The translations under genes were made by a program, and so were the position numbers. Below are positions 1 to 12,055 of a DNA stretch of 64,000 nt, piece by piece (within the stretch, counting starts at the first letter, position 1; every line of letters begins with the position of its first letter). Below the pieces are notes generated by a model. That model saw nothing but the letters and a program-made list of their open reading frames with translations, made no database searches and was not told where the DNA came from. Location: the NCBI GenBank assembly GCA_964016885.1, contig OZ024743.1, forward strand, positions 51,832,001 to 51,896,000, read 5' to 3'. The stretch comes from Eledone cirrhosa (taxonomy: Eukaryota).

Positions 1-460
1 GAAATATATTTATCCAAGTACCCTGGGAAATGTAGTTTCAGAATATATATGGTTATGGGGGTCTATCTCCAAAACCATAGGAGGAGTTCATGAACAAACA
101 GACAGGAATACAACTTTATATATATAGATATTGTGTAAATATATATATTACCCACCTAAGGTAAAAGAGCTTGCTCCTTTCAAAGTTGATCTTGATCTAG
201 TTGGTAATATTGATTTCCATACACACATGGGATAATAGTCAAGTGTTATAAATTAGTTTAATGTCCTCAAACATTAGATTTATACAGTTTGATATAACTG
301 ATCTCTTTCAATCTCCACAATCAATAGGCCTTCGATTTCACTAGTAATTTCACTAATATATATACATGATTTAGATTATTTAATGATATCCCACTATAGA
401 AAAACTCCTCTAATAATGAGCACCCCTAGATAAAGAAATCCACTACCAATGACCTAATCA

Positions 461-694
461 GTGTACCAATGGGATCATTTGGTGGGCCTGTTTATCTTAG
501 ACACACTACGTAAGAAATTCCCTGATGTCCGTACAGGTCTACACCACGACGATGGTCTGGCACTATTGAGCCATAAAAGTGGCCATGACCTTGAAACATT
601 TAGAAAGAATCTGATAACCACCTTTAGCAATCTAGAACTAAAGGTTACAATTTCTACCAACCTTACCAGTGTTAATTTCCTAATATTATGTTAA
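461..694 (+). pseudogene. Degraded Penelope-like RT fragment (motif C region)
   Basis: DHLVGLFILDTLRKKFPDVRTGLHHDDGL...LKVTISTNLTSVNFL aligns by eye to DLLGLFIINSLHRKIPDVTGGLYRDDML...LKVEIENNHKIVNFL of the intact PLE ORF at 34783. YRDD has decayed to HHDD. Confidence 0.8.
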
Positions 695-750
695 GTCAGA
701 CAAATTTAACTTCAATTTATCATAAACTCCCAGTTGGTTAGTTGTTGATT

Positions 751-793
751 GTCAAAGCTCTTTTGTCACACATTCTGTGACCTCCTCAGTGAC
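751..793 (-). ncRNA. Degenerate type I hammerhead (PLE pLTR family; other copies 5639-5681 minus, partial ~54117-54146 plus)
   Basis: Minus strand reads GTCA-CTGAGGA-GGTCAC..GTGAC-AAAA-GAGC-TT-TGAC. The 5.6-kb copy has intact GAAA but CTAAGAA, so the two copies together give a consensus core. Confidence 0.6.
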
Positions 794-1482
794 TACCTTT
801 GTTGTTATTTTGTGTCTCTCCTTTGTTCTGTCCTACACCATCTTGTTTTGTGAGTTCTGTACTTGGGCTGCATGTGCATGCATTGTATCCAGGTTTGCGT
901 GCGTGTGTGTGGTTTTATTTATTTTATTTTTTATTTAATATATTTATTTGTTTATTTTTATGTTTATTTACTTGTCACTAGTTGGTTACTTGTTCTATCT
1001 GTTTGCCTCACTTACATACGTTTCAAATTTGGCACAGTTTACATAGCTGGATGCTCTTCCTATCACCAACTGTACTTTGTGCATTTCATCATGGCACCAG
1101 CATTAGTGAGATTGTCCTTGACACAACTGAACAGTCCTCTCAACCCTTTGATTCACATAGTTTCTACAGCTGGATGCTTCTTATCACCAACCACTTTACA
1201 GAGTACACTGGGTACATTTACATGGATACAGTTATCATGTCCTTGACACAACTAAACAACCCTAGACTGTTTGGTAAATTTGATGTGAGTTTGACATGAA
1301 ATTAATTAAATTGAAGAGAATGGCAATAGTTGTAGTTATTTCTGATTGGGTGGTTGTTATTCATTAGCTTCAGCAGCTGCTAATTATTGTGAACACCTGC
1401 TGATTGGCTGAAAAATCTGCTGGTTGGCTTAGACACCTGTTAATTATCTGGAACATGTGAATATCTATATTTGTAGGGAAAA

Positions 1483-1610
1483 TGTTTCTACTTTTGGCAC
1501 AAGGCCAGCGATTACCCCAGTGCATCACTGGTACTTTATTTTATCGACCTCATAAGGATGAAAGACAAAGTTAACCTTGGCAGATTTGAACTCAGAACGC
1601 AAAGGGCCAA
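1483..1610 (-). mobile_element. tRNA-derived SINE with Deu/Nin-like domain, 5'-truncated copy
   Basis: Matches the fuller copies at 6225 and 9638 (B-box, TCTTTCATCCTTATGAGGTCGATAAAATAAAGTACCAG, tail CCTTGTGCCAAAAGTAGAAAC). Confidence 0.8.
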
Positions 1611-2599
1611 ACATGAAGAATATTGTTCTGAAAGGTTTGGGTAGACAAGGGATCCTCAAACATGTTAGATCATCAATCCCTTCATGGAATCCATAACGCC
1701 CCCCCCCCCCCCCCCCCCCTCCCCCTATTTGATTTCAGGCAAAAACAAAAATAAATCAGTAAATACATATAAAATAAACAGACAATAAAGAATACTTATA
1801 TATAAATGAGAAAACTGTGTAAGCTAATTGTATTTTGTTGTATTATTTCATATATTCTTTCTGATACATATGTCACGTTTTGACTCCCTGGGTAGACTCA
1901 GTGAACCCTAGTGATCAATATCAACTACTATTGAGATCCTGTAGTAGAGACATAGCTGGTTGGAACACCCTGCAATGCTGTTGTTTAGCCCTAGAACAGT
2001 CTTTATCAAGCAGACCTATAATCAAATGTATTCCAGCTATAACAATCCTTTATTTTATTTGGACAATACATATTTAGGTGACAAATTGGCAGAGTGATTA
2101 GCATTTTAGATTAAATACCTCATTACCTAGTCTGGTTCTATGCACTTTTGTCTACTGGGAATTACAGCTGACAGACTGTTTTAGCAATGGAAAGACCATT
2201 AGAAATATGATGATCAGCTCCTTTCTTTTACCAGAAATTGTAACTGATTGACAGTATTAGCAATGGAAAGGCAAATGGACACATTGTCTTCTAGGTTCGT
2301 TCTGACAATCTTTCCATTTCTTCCTTCCATATTTAGGATTCTATTACTGAAAGTGTCGTCTTATTTTTAGGACAGTAGAGAGTACTTTTATAGAAATTTG
2401 GCTATTATTTCTAGCAAGTGGAGCAATCACTTAGAGGCCTTTCTAGTTCTACACACACATTCTACACACAACATACACACACTCTACACACTGACTTTAC
2501 ACAGTGTCTCTCAACACACATTCTAACAGTTACATTGATGAAATTTCTCTAAAAATGGTTATTTGTGTAGTGTATCTATAGAATACTAAACACCAGTAT

Positions 2600-2725
2600 T
2601 ACCACCACTACAACCTCTATCACCACCACCTTCACTACCACCATCAGCACCACCACAACACCAGATCGATACCCCACCACCACCCACCTCACCACCACCA
2701 CCAACACTACCACCACCACCACCAT

Positions 2726-2806
<81 letters not shown>

Positions 2807-2822
2807 CACCACCACCACAACA
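2600..2822. repeat. (ACC)n/(ACT)n microsatellite
   Basis: Directly visible trinucleotide runs. Confidence 0.95.
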
Positions 2823-3141
2823 GCTGTAGTGTTTTTAACCAAAGCCATTGACCAATAACTTTATTTCCCTCAATACAATATATATAAACAGCAATAATTT
2901 CAATGTATTAATTAACTCCTTGAAAAAAAAAAAATATATATATATTTGTTTCTTTCCTCATTCACTCTCATCCGGGAACAGTTTTATATGGTGTCAGTTT
3001 GTGATTTGAACTCGGGAATTTTATATTCTCCGAGCGAGAAGAGCCTTCTGAAGAGAGTCCCCTTCTCAATAGAAATCCACTTGGATTATCCATTTATTTT
3101 GGGATTTGAAAGGCACATATAGTAAGTACAGCAAACTTTTA

Positions 3142-3667
3142 AAAATTTATTTTAAAACTTTTTCTCTATTTGCTAGACCTTGATTTTATTTATATATATG
3201 TGTGTGTAAATGAAGTAATTCTGTCGGAAAGGTCCAGGAAAAAAGAGTGTTCTATGTAGGTTACAGAGCTTATTAGTTATGTAATAAACAACATAAGATA
3301 ATTATTTCATTTACCAGTGGTTTCTTGAAAGCAAACAAAATTTGCTTTCAGTCATCAGAATGAAAAAATCCTGGTGTATTTATTGACAGTGGATTTTAAA
3401 AACCACTTTTTAAAATCCACTGTCAATAAATACACCAGGATTTTTTCATTCTGATGACTGAAAGCAAATTTTGTTTGCTTTCAAAAAACCACTGGTAAAT
3501 GAAATAATTATCTTATGTTGTTTATTACATAACTAATAAGCTCTGTAACCTACATAGAACACTCTTTTTTCCTGGACCTTTCCGATGGAATTACTTCATT
3601 TACACATATATATATATATATAAAATCAAGGTCGAGCAAATAGAGAAAAAGTTTTAAAATAAATTTT
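3142..3667. mobile_element. ~525-bp near-perfect palindrome made of two inverted PLE-type pseudo-LTRs
   Basis: Arms 3142-3402 and 3407-3667 are reverse complements around a 4-nt CCAC spacer. Each arm carries a hammerhead motif. Confidence 0.85.
3305..3365 (-). ncRNA. Type I hammerhead ribozyme, intact core
   Basis: TTTCATT-CTGATGA-c-TGAAAGCAAA/TTTGCTTTCA-a-GAAA-CCACTGG-TA-AATGAAA. The mirror copy (3444-3504, plus) has GAAA changed to AAAA. Confidence 0.85.
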
Positions 3668-4069
3668 AATAATAAATTTTAATAATACTACCACCTGGTC
3701 CTTGGATGTCTTAAGCAGAGTCCATTCTGCTGCAAACATTCAGGAGAGATCTCTGGTTTGAGGTAACCTTCCAAACTTCCTCCCTTTCATGAGTCTCAGA
3801 GGCCTTGAAATGTGCTATGGGCATTGCCCTTCCCACCCTCACTAAACAGTAAAAGACACAAAAACCTACAGCATACAGACTAGCCAATAGAAATGAGGAC
3901 AGGTTATTATATACAGAAAGAATCAGTATGCTTAATGTCTACATAACAATGGACCAAATAACAAAGTAGAAAGCCTAAAAAAAACATTTAATGAGGTGGT
4001 GGTTTGTGCCATAATTGCTATATATATGCAATACATACACAAACTAGCAAGGAAAACAGACGATAATAA

Positions 4070-4320
4070 TGTGTGTGTGTGTGTCTGTGTGTGTGTGTGT
4101 GTGAGTGTGTGTGTGTGTGTACGCGTGCGTGTGAGTGTGTGTGTGTATGTGTGTGTGTGAGAGAGAGTGCGTGTGAGTGTGTGTGTATGTATGTGTGTGT
4201 GTGTGTGTGAGAGTGTGTGTGTATGTGTGTGAGTGTGTGTGTATGTGTGTGTGTGTGAGTGTGCATGCATGTGTGTGGGTGTGTGTGTGAGTGTGTGTGT
4301 ATGTGTGTGTGTGTGTATAC
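4070..4320. repeat. (TG)n compound microsatellite
   Basis: Direct inspection. Confidence 0.95.
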
Positions 4321-4706
4321 AAACATTCACACAGTCACACATTACTACATAGCTTAGCTCAGCTATATTTACTAACAATAATGATAATAATCCATAAAAC
4401 TAATTAAGTGAAAGTTTAAGTACATTCTAGAGTATTATTGTGCTCCATTTATCAATGATTACAATCCTGCACCACCATATTCTGGATAATTGAATTGTCA
4501 CCAATATATGATTGCTACTTATATACGTATTATGTAGGACAAAATGTTTTGTAGTATTAGTTCCAGCTCCCAGCAATCTGAGTTCAAATCCCATTGAGGT
4601 GAACTTTGTATTTTACCTTTTAAAGGTTGATAAAATAAAGTAGTAGATGAGTGGCAGATGAATAGCAGACTTGTTAGAGCATTAGATGAGGGGGGTACAG
4701 AGGGGG

Positions 4707-4748
<42 letters not shown>

Positions 4749-4960
4749 CATAAGATGGGTTGGAGCAGGTTTTGAAGGTTACAGAACTTCCATTTACCTA
4801 CCTGTTCTCTCCCTATCCAAATTCTCCATTTCTTGACGAAGGACTTCTGTCCGAAATATAGAACCCCCTCTACTTCCTCTCATGTGTGATCCTAGATAGA
4901 CTTTGTATTTTTGCATCCATATGATTATTTTGTTTTATTTGTTGAACTATATATATATAT

Positions 4961-5477
4961 ATATTTCTAATAGCCATCTTTTCACCCCTTGATAATTTGT
5001 GTGTGAGACACGTTGGCTGAGAGCTTCTGACAGGAACTAATAGATTGATTCTTTTTAGCTTCCCGTCCCCACGTAAAATTTGTAAATCGGTGGCTAGTTG
5101 AGAGATAGAGTCCTATCGGTTGCCAGTTAACTGCTTTACTGTGTCGGTTGTCACAAACAGTCATGACCGGCACGGGCCGGTGTTTGGATTTTGTCAATCG
5201 ATTGGTTATTGATTAGGCGATACCCGCTGATGAAGCAGCATAAGCCGATTGTGCATTGTTGCATAATATATGCAGACAGATGGTGCAGTGCACCTTACTG
5301 CTGCATTAGTGCTGCAGAAACTCGAGTCCGGGAACCTTATAGGCACCCGTTTTACGTGGTTTGTGTTGGGGCAAATAACTATGTGTATACTCTGGTAATG
5401 TATCTTACATTGCCCATTGAGTGCGCTGAGATACAACTGGTACTGGCATTGATAAATATGCTGGGTCTGTCAACCCT

Positions 5478-5480
<3 letters not shown>
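4961..5480 (+). mobile_element. Solo PLE-type pLTR or non-autonomous element between (TA)n tracts
   Basis: GC-richer ~520-bp segment bounded on both sides by TA runs and containing a hammerhead at 5223-5332. Confidence 0.6.
5223..5332 (+). ncRNA. Type I hammerhead ribozyme with long helix II and palindromic helix III
   Basis: CCCG-CTGATGA-a-GCAGCA...TGCTGC-a-GAAA-CTCGAG-TC-CGGG. Helix I is CCCG/CGGG, helix III is the palindrome ACTCGAGT, and the cleavage triplet is GUC. Confidence 0.85.
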
Positions 5481-5519
<39 letters not shown>

Positions 5520-5893
5520 ATACTTTGGGAGGGTCATGCTACCAATAAAAACACATGCACCAGTTGGTTTTCACTTCAATGCATTAGGAATTTTCAGTTG
5601 GTTGGTTTAATAACTGGATGGTTGTTTATTTGTTTATTGTCAAAGCTCTTTCGTCACACCTTCTGTGACCTTCTTAGTGACTAATTTGTTATTTTGTATC
5701 TCTACATTGTTCTGACCAAGATCATCTTATTTTTATGTTCACATACGGAACAAAAGTGTTACCTAAGGTTTCAAGACCCAATATTGACCATATCTCCAGA
5801 TTGTAGGGGGGGGGGGGACTTAATCTTCAGGCGATTAAACAAGTTTTCAAAATATCAACTCTCTTCCCGATATTGAGCACTATTTTCCCTTTT

Positions 5894-5925
<32 letters not shown>

Positions 5926-6224
5926 CACACACACATCCACAGGCAAATATAAAATTCATCAGAGTTGCCTCCCTTATTCCTTTTCCAATCGTGGTTGTCT
6001 CTCTACTTGCTAAAAATAGCAGCCAAATCATTCGCTCCCTCTATGACATTTTGAAACAACAGAGGCTTCATTAAATAATACAGTCTTAGATATTCATATA
6101 AAAGGAAAGTAGTCAAGACTGTAATGTCATTGGTCATATATATATATGTCGGGTTGTCTTCTCTTGGTTTAACAGTAAACAACATGTCTTTACGTCGTTG
6201 CTGTATCAGCCTCTCTCAAATTAT

Positions 6225-6395
6225 TATTTCTACATTTGGCACAAGGCCAGCAATTATCCCAGTGTACTTTGTTTTATCGACCCCGTAAGGATGAAAGGCA
6301 AAGTTAACTTCGGCGGGATTTGAACTCAGACCATAAAGGGCCGTAACTCTTTGCTGCAAAGCATGGTGTCCGACCCTCTACCGATACTGCCAAAT
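6225..6395 (-). mobile_element. tRNA-derived SINE with Deu/Nin-like central domain
   Basis: Minus strand: A-box TGGCAGTATCGG, B-box GAGTTCAAATCC, then GCCTTTCATCCTTACGGGGTCGATAAAA (resembles the Deu/Nin SINE domain) and an AT-rich tail. Confidence 0.85.
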
Positions 6396-6804
6396 TATGA
6401 TGGCCGATTAGCTGTGACACTTGGAAATACGACACGTTTTTTCTGTGTAAAAAGAGATTAACAGAATGTCGTCTACCCTTGTCTATGTATTTACTACAAA
6501 TTTCACAGTACATGTGTGTATATACATGTGTATATATATACAAGGTGTGTATTTTAAAGTTGAGATAGTAAACAGAAAACAAAAAAACGTGGAAGCGAAG
6601 AGGCAGTACAAATGTTATTATTAGTTTCACGCTTGAGAGTGGGAGAGTGTGCATAAGAGTATATATGTCTGTCTGTTCCAGTTATGTCCACTTATTTACA
6701 CCCGTGACCAATATATTTGATATCCAATATTTGGCCACATCTGCCAACCTTACCACCCACAGTATTTATTTATCTGTTCCCCTCCCACCTAATAACACCT
6801 ATTT

Positions 6805-7115
6805 GACTCCACCACACCCCTCAACCTCTCCCCCACACCCTCAACCTCTCCTCCCCACACCGTCCACCTATCCCCCCCCCACCTATCCACCACACCCTCT
6901 ACCTATCCACCACAACCCTTAATCAGTCCCCCCACACCCTCCACCTCTCCCCACACCAATCCACCTACCGCCACACCCTCCACCTATCCCCACACCCTCC
7001 ACCTATCCGCCACACCCTCCACCTATCCACCACAACCCTCAATCAGTCCCCCCACACTCTCCACCTATCCACCACAACCCTCAATCAGTCCCCCCACTTC
7101 CCCACCACACCCCTT
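6805..7115. repeat. C-rich minisatellite (CCACACCCTCCACCTATC-like)
   Basis: Imperfect ~19-21-nt tandem units. Confidence 0.85.
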
Positions 7116-7229
7116 CATTCCCTATAATTTTCCTGTTCCACCTCATTTAACTTTAATTTAACACAACAGTCAATTGTGGCTGGCATTGTTGCTTTTGTCA
7201 TAAATGAGCAATCAATATTAATGTTTATT

Positions 7230-7465
7230 GGTGATGGTGTGTGGTCTATTGGTTAGGGTGTTGGATTCACAATTGTAAGGTTGTGCTTTCAATTTCCATC
7301 TGTTTTCTGCCTGGTTCTGTTTGTTTGTCCTGAATGAGCAAGTAACAACAATATTTATTGTTTTGATGATGTGAAGGTGTGTAGCCTAGGGTTTAGGCTC
7401 TTGTGCTCACAATTGGAAGATCATAGGCTCAATTTGTAGACAGATAGTGCATTGTGTCCTTCTAG
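7230..7465 (+). mobile_element. Two degenerate copies of a second tRNA-derived SINE head (another copy 12130-12255, minus)
   Basis: GTGAAGG..TGGCCTAGTGGTTAG A-box-like head followed by a TTGTGTCCTTG-like segment. Highly diverged. Confidence 0.5.
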
Positions 7466-7779
7466 TTGCAACCAACATGTCTTTTTTTCCTTAGACATGG
7501 TGCATAAGGCTTCCATTATTCAATGTGTTCCTTTTTTAAGGTGATAAAGTATAATTTCAAGGAGATTTGACTGCTATTTCTAACAGATAGTGTGACTACA
7601 TAATGATTAATCATAATACATAATAATTTCTGTTAGACTTCCTCGTCTATTGGTGTTGACAATGTGTTCATAGATTTGAGATTGATAAAACAAATGTCAG
7701 TAAAGTGTTAGAGTCAATATAATCGATTATAACCTAACTTTCTGGTCTTGTGTCAAATGTTATGAAAGAAACTACTTAA

Positions 7780-8245
7780 TAAGCATGGCTTGGATGCTGC
7801 AGGCTTCCCCTCCCAGCTCAAGCCGGTGGGGCTTGACTGAGAGGACGGCTAAAGGCCAGATGGCATGACCATCTTCCCGTTCCGCAGTGGCAAACCCCTC
7901 GTCTTGGATGCCACTTGCACCGACACTTTCTGCAGCCGCAACCTGGTGCAGTCTGCGACTAACCCAGGTTCTGCTGCACGTTGGGCTGAAGAGGCCAAAC
8001 TCTTCAAATACCAGTCGCTCTCCGACAGGTTTGCGGTTGTACCCTTGGCAGTGGAGACTTCTGGTGTTCTCGGCCCTAGGGCTACATCCCCACCACTCAC
8101 CACTATAGGTGCTGAGCTGGCCAGCCGCAGGTGTGAGCCTCGCGAGCTGGAATGGCTTTTCCAGCGCGTCTCCCTTGCCCTCCTCCAGGGAAACGCCTTC
8201 TCCATTCTGTCCGCCAGGGCTGTGGGGAGGCCACCACTATGATTG
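7780..8245 (+). mobile_element. CRE-clade non-LTR retrotransposon 3' fragment (restriction-like endonuclease)
   Basis: RPDGMTIFPFRSGKPLVLDATCTDT...AEEAKLFKY...VPLAVETSGVLG...WLFQRVSLALLQGNA is the PD-D/K..KY RLE signature. There are in-frame stops upstream. Confidence 0.8.
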
Positions 8246-8579
8246 ACTGACTTGTCATTTTATCAGTCAGATGTTCTAATGATTCTATATATATAAGGTT
8301 CTAACAAAAAGGGTGATAATGTTTGGTCCTTATGGACCTTCATTGGGATCTTGGGATACACAACGTTTTTGTGTCCATCTCATGCCCTCCAGAATAAGTC
8401 ATAGGTTCATCACCAATTTTAAATGGTGCTAAATGGAGATAAGCATATGTGACAGATATTTTCATGAAATCACTGCAACATTAGATGTAGTCATATATAC
8501 TAATGGAAGATGGAAGACATGAATATGTTGGAATTGGTCACTTGACATAGAAAGGAGTGATTGGAAGGAACAGCAAACA

Positions 8580-8732
8580 GAAGAAGAAGAAGACGGAGGA
8601 GGAGGAGGAGGAGGGGGAGAAGAAGAAGACGGAGGAGGAGGAGGAGAAGAAGAAGAAGAAGAAGAAGAAGAAGAAGAAGAAGAAGAAGAAGAAGAAGAAG
8701 AAGAAGAAGAAGAAGAAGAAGAAGAAGAAGAA
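8580..8732. repeat. (GAA)n/(GGA)n microsatellite
   Basis: Direct inspection. Confidence 0.95.
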
Positions 8733-9409
8733 TCAACAGTATTGAAACAGTGGACAAGAGTTATCTCCCTTCTATTATTTACACATGGGACTACGAAATG
8801 GTTGCTCTATGCACGCACACATACATGTACATAGCCACACGTAAGCACATGCACACATATATATCTCTATAGCTACACGTAAGCACATGCACACATATAT
8901 ATCTCTATAGCTACACGTAAGCACATGCACACATATATATCATTATACATTTATATAAAAGCCACGACCTATAAACCAAGTCAATATGGAAAAGGTTAGC
9001 TGAATTCATGTTTTTGGATGCATTTTTGTTTATAAGTGATGCAGTCTTAATAGCCTCAATTAGTATTATTATCAAAATGCTACGTGGTACTTAATTACGA
9101 CTTTCTACGTTCTGAGTTCAAATCCTGCCGATTTAGCTTTGTCTTTCATTCTTACGGGGTTGATAAAATAACTGGAGTCGATTTAATCGATTTTGCCTTT
9201 TCCCTAAAATTGTTGGCCTTGTGCTTAAATCAGAACCCATCAACTTTGGAAAGGAAGGTGAGAGTGATGAGAGAAGTACTGCCCCCCCCCCCCCCAGTAC
9301 ATTTGCTAAAAGGTGGATGACTGTGGTGAGAATGACCCATGTGAAAGTGCCTACTCTGAGCATGCGCCTGTAGGCTGGTTGATTTGAGGAAGAGACGAGT
9401 AACCTTCCC

Positions 9410-10830
9410 AGGTGCTCTTGAATCATCTCTTCAATAAGTAACTGGTCTTTTGTACCACAGGACTTCTTTTGGCATCCCTTCTGTTGCTCCAGCAATAGGT
9501 TGTTTATGTTAAGGTGGTGGTAGATTTCCTCTGACATAATACTTGTTAGTATTTCCACATCAAGCACAGACATGTGATAAGCCTATAGTTGGTAACATCA
9601 TTTCTCTTGGCTTAGTCTTTCATTATTAGGACTGTGGGATCGGTGGATTGGCAGTATCGGTAGAGCGTCGGACACCATGCTTTGCAGCAAAGAGTTACGG
9701 CCCTTTATGATCTGAGTTTAAATCTCGCCGAGGTTAACTTTGCCTTTCATCCTTATGGGGTCGATAGAATAAAGTACCAGTAATACACTGGGGTCGAATC
9801 AATCGATTTTTTCCCTCCCCTAAAATTGTTGGCCTTGTGCCTAAATCAGAAACCATTATTAGGACTGTGGTACCTTTTGTCAACCAATGCAGTACTTCAC
9901 CCAACACTAAGCAGTCATTGAACATGGCTATCAGTATCGGGTGGAGGGATGTTATATTTTAGTCCAATATTTTTTGCACAGCATCTGGGCCTGGTGATTT
10001 CCAGTTGGTTAAGTCTTTGGTCTGATTTTTAAGGGTTTCAACTGGGATACTCAAATCATGTTGTTGGTGTGTTTATTCATTAAGCTCCTTTCTAACAATC
10101 TTAATCCACTCTACCCAACATGTTCAACATACTACTCCCATATTTCTTTCCAAAATGTGTTGGTCCATTCAGCCTAAGGAATAGCATTGTTGCTTCTTTC
10201 CCTTCAAGCTGTTCAAATAACATCTTGTTGTCGAATATGTATTTCTGTCTATATTGACTAACTCTGCTTGCATATCTTTTAATTTTTGCACTTTTGGCAA
10301 TGACACATTGCTTTAGTTCCTCTGTTACAACATTTAACCCTTTTCCCCTTGTGTTGTATTTCCTTATCAATCTATCTTTAGTATCCATGTTTGGTAATGT
10401 CCCGTTTAATAAAAGACTCAAGTTTCCCGATGTCCTTTCTTGTTGACCATTCAGCAACTTCTTCCACCAAGGTTTTGTCCTTTCTCATCTGTTTTCCCTC
10501 GTTTTGATACCAAGCGATTTTTTCACCACATTTGCAATTGCTTTGAGTATGTTGTTACATTGATGAAGATTCTTCACCTCAAGGTATGGGATGACCCTGT
10601 TTACCTTAACTGTCATTTCTTTTAACTTTTTTCTGTCTACAAATCTTACATTCATAAGTTTTCCACTATCATTATCAATTTTATCCACAAATAAACTCAG
10701 AATATCAACCAAATCTTGCCCTAGCTCATCAGTGTTCATTTTTTTCAATGGACGTATCTTTACTCCAGATGTTATCTCAACCATTATATCATTGTCTTTC
10801 AAACTGAAAAAGGTCCCCTGTCCCTGTTCT
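9410..10830 (-). mobile_element. Degraded R4/Dong-type LINE (N-terminal region and start of RT)
   Basis: Fragments NWKSPGPD, WLTKGTTVLIMKD, NYRLITCL and EQQKGCQKKSCGTKDQLLI are typical of R4/Dong RTs. Frameshifted and interrupted by a SINE. Confidence 0.8.
9638..9853 (+). mobile_element. Full-length tRNA/Deu-Nin-type SINE with 17-bp TSD
   Basis: TSD CATTATTAGGACTGTGG at 9621-9637 and 9854-9870. A-box and B-box are present. Confidence 0.9.
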
Positions 10831-11159
10831 AGATAGAAATATAGTGAGAACTAGGAAAGATTAATATACTGCAATTTATTACAACAAAAGACGATACTCT
10901 TACCTCTGCTTCAACTACTTCTATGATGTCATTGGCACTTTGTTGACGGTGTATCAAAACAGTGTTTACATTGAAACAATCACTGTAGATATATATCACT
11001 TCATCAAAAACTTACCTGAAAATAATAGAAAAGAAATGTATTAATAAAAACATGAGAATACACAATGAGTCTTATTTTTTTTTATCTGTTTAGTCATGGA
11101 AGGTAGGGGCCTCTGAACTGGTGGTATCCTCAAGCTAGAGAGCTAGTCTGAATACTTAC

Positions 11160-11420
11160 AGAGTTGCTGAAGCATGGAACAAACTCCCTACATCAGTTGT
11201 TAGTTGTTGAGACACTGCATCCTTTAAAACCTCTATGCTTCCTGAGATTCACCAACACTATACCTAATATTCCCCCTCCATACACACGCACACATGTATA
11301 TCATGACTCATACACTATTCACTTCCCTGACATTTGTATATTATTCTATGTACTATACATGCACCTTTGATGAGTTGTAGTGCACCTGAGCACTGTACAC
11401 AATAATTTCATTATTATTAT
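11160..11420 (+). mobile_element. CR1/L2-type LINE 3' end
   Basis: Encodes RVAEAWNKLP followed by a 3' UTR ending in (ATT)n. Homologous to 61680-62070. Confidence 0.75.
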
Positions 11421-11679
11421 ATAGCTACTACTAAAGACAACCAAAGGCCAGATTAAGTTTATCACCTAAGTAGGCTGAAGTAGGATTTGAACTTAAAACT
11501 TAATACTTCTGTTAGCAAATTAAGGGGTTCCTCTCTTGGAACTATTTTATAAAGTTACTGGTGCTTATTTTATCAATTCTAGACAGGATGAAGAGAAAAG
11601 TCAACTCTGGTGTGATTTGAAATTAGTACATAAAGATATGTAGCTAAATAGTGCAATTACAAAATGTGTTGTCATTGTT

Positions 11680-12055
11680 GTTACAACTCTTATTTAGGCT
11701 TAGCTAGCCTCTTATGAGGTCATATCTCATAGAAGATTTCTGGGTGTTTTAACGATAGGGACCCCAGTCATATCATATATATACATATGTTGTGGTTACA
11801 GCTCACATCCATGTAAGTTTAGCTGCCTCCTATGAGTTAACATCTCATATGAGGTTTCTTGGGTGTTTTAATGATTGAGACCCCAGTCTTATATTGTTAC
11901 AGCTCACTTGCGAATAGGTTTAGCTGATCTACTAGATTACATAGATTTTGGGGGTGTTTTAATGACAGCTTCCTTCGTTTGGGGTGTTTTAGTTACAGCT
12001 TATACTTATGTTGATTTAGCTGGCCAGCCATGAGGTTGCATCATATAAGAGTTTT
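11680..12055. repeat. Diverged tandem repeat, ~95-115-bp unit, about 4 copies
   Basis: TTACAGCTC...TTAGCTG...TATGAG...GGGTGTTTTAATGA recurs at ~11682, 11797, 11897 and 11993. Confidence 0.65.

Noticed and set aside
50-130. Helitron-like 3' end (ACAAACAGACAG...TATATATAGAT)
   Set aside because: Only a vague resemblance at the window edge, with no second copy to support it.
4830-4863. TTGACGA-AGGAC..GTCC-GAAA as an active hammerhead
   Set aside because: C3U without G8A, and helices I and III are marginal; at best a decayed pLTR.
6300-6395. tRNA genes at A/B-box motifs
   Set aside because: No cloverleaf; these are SINE heads repeated across the window.
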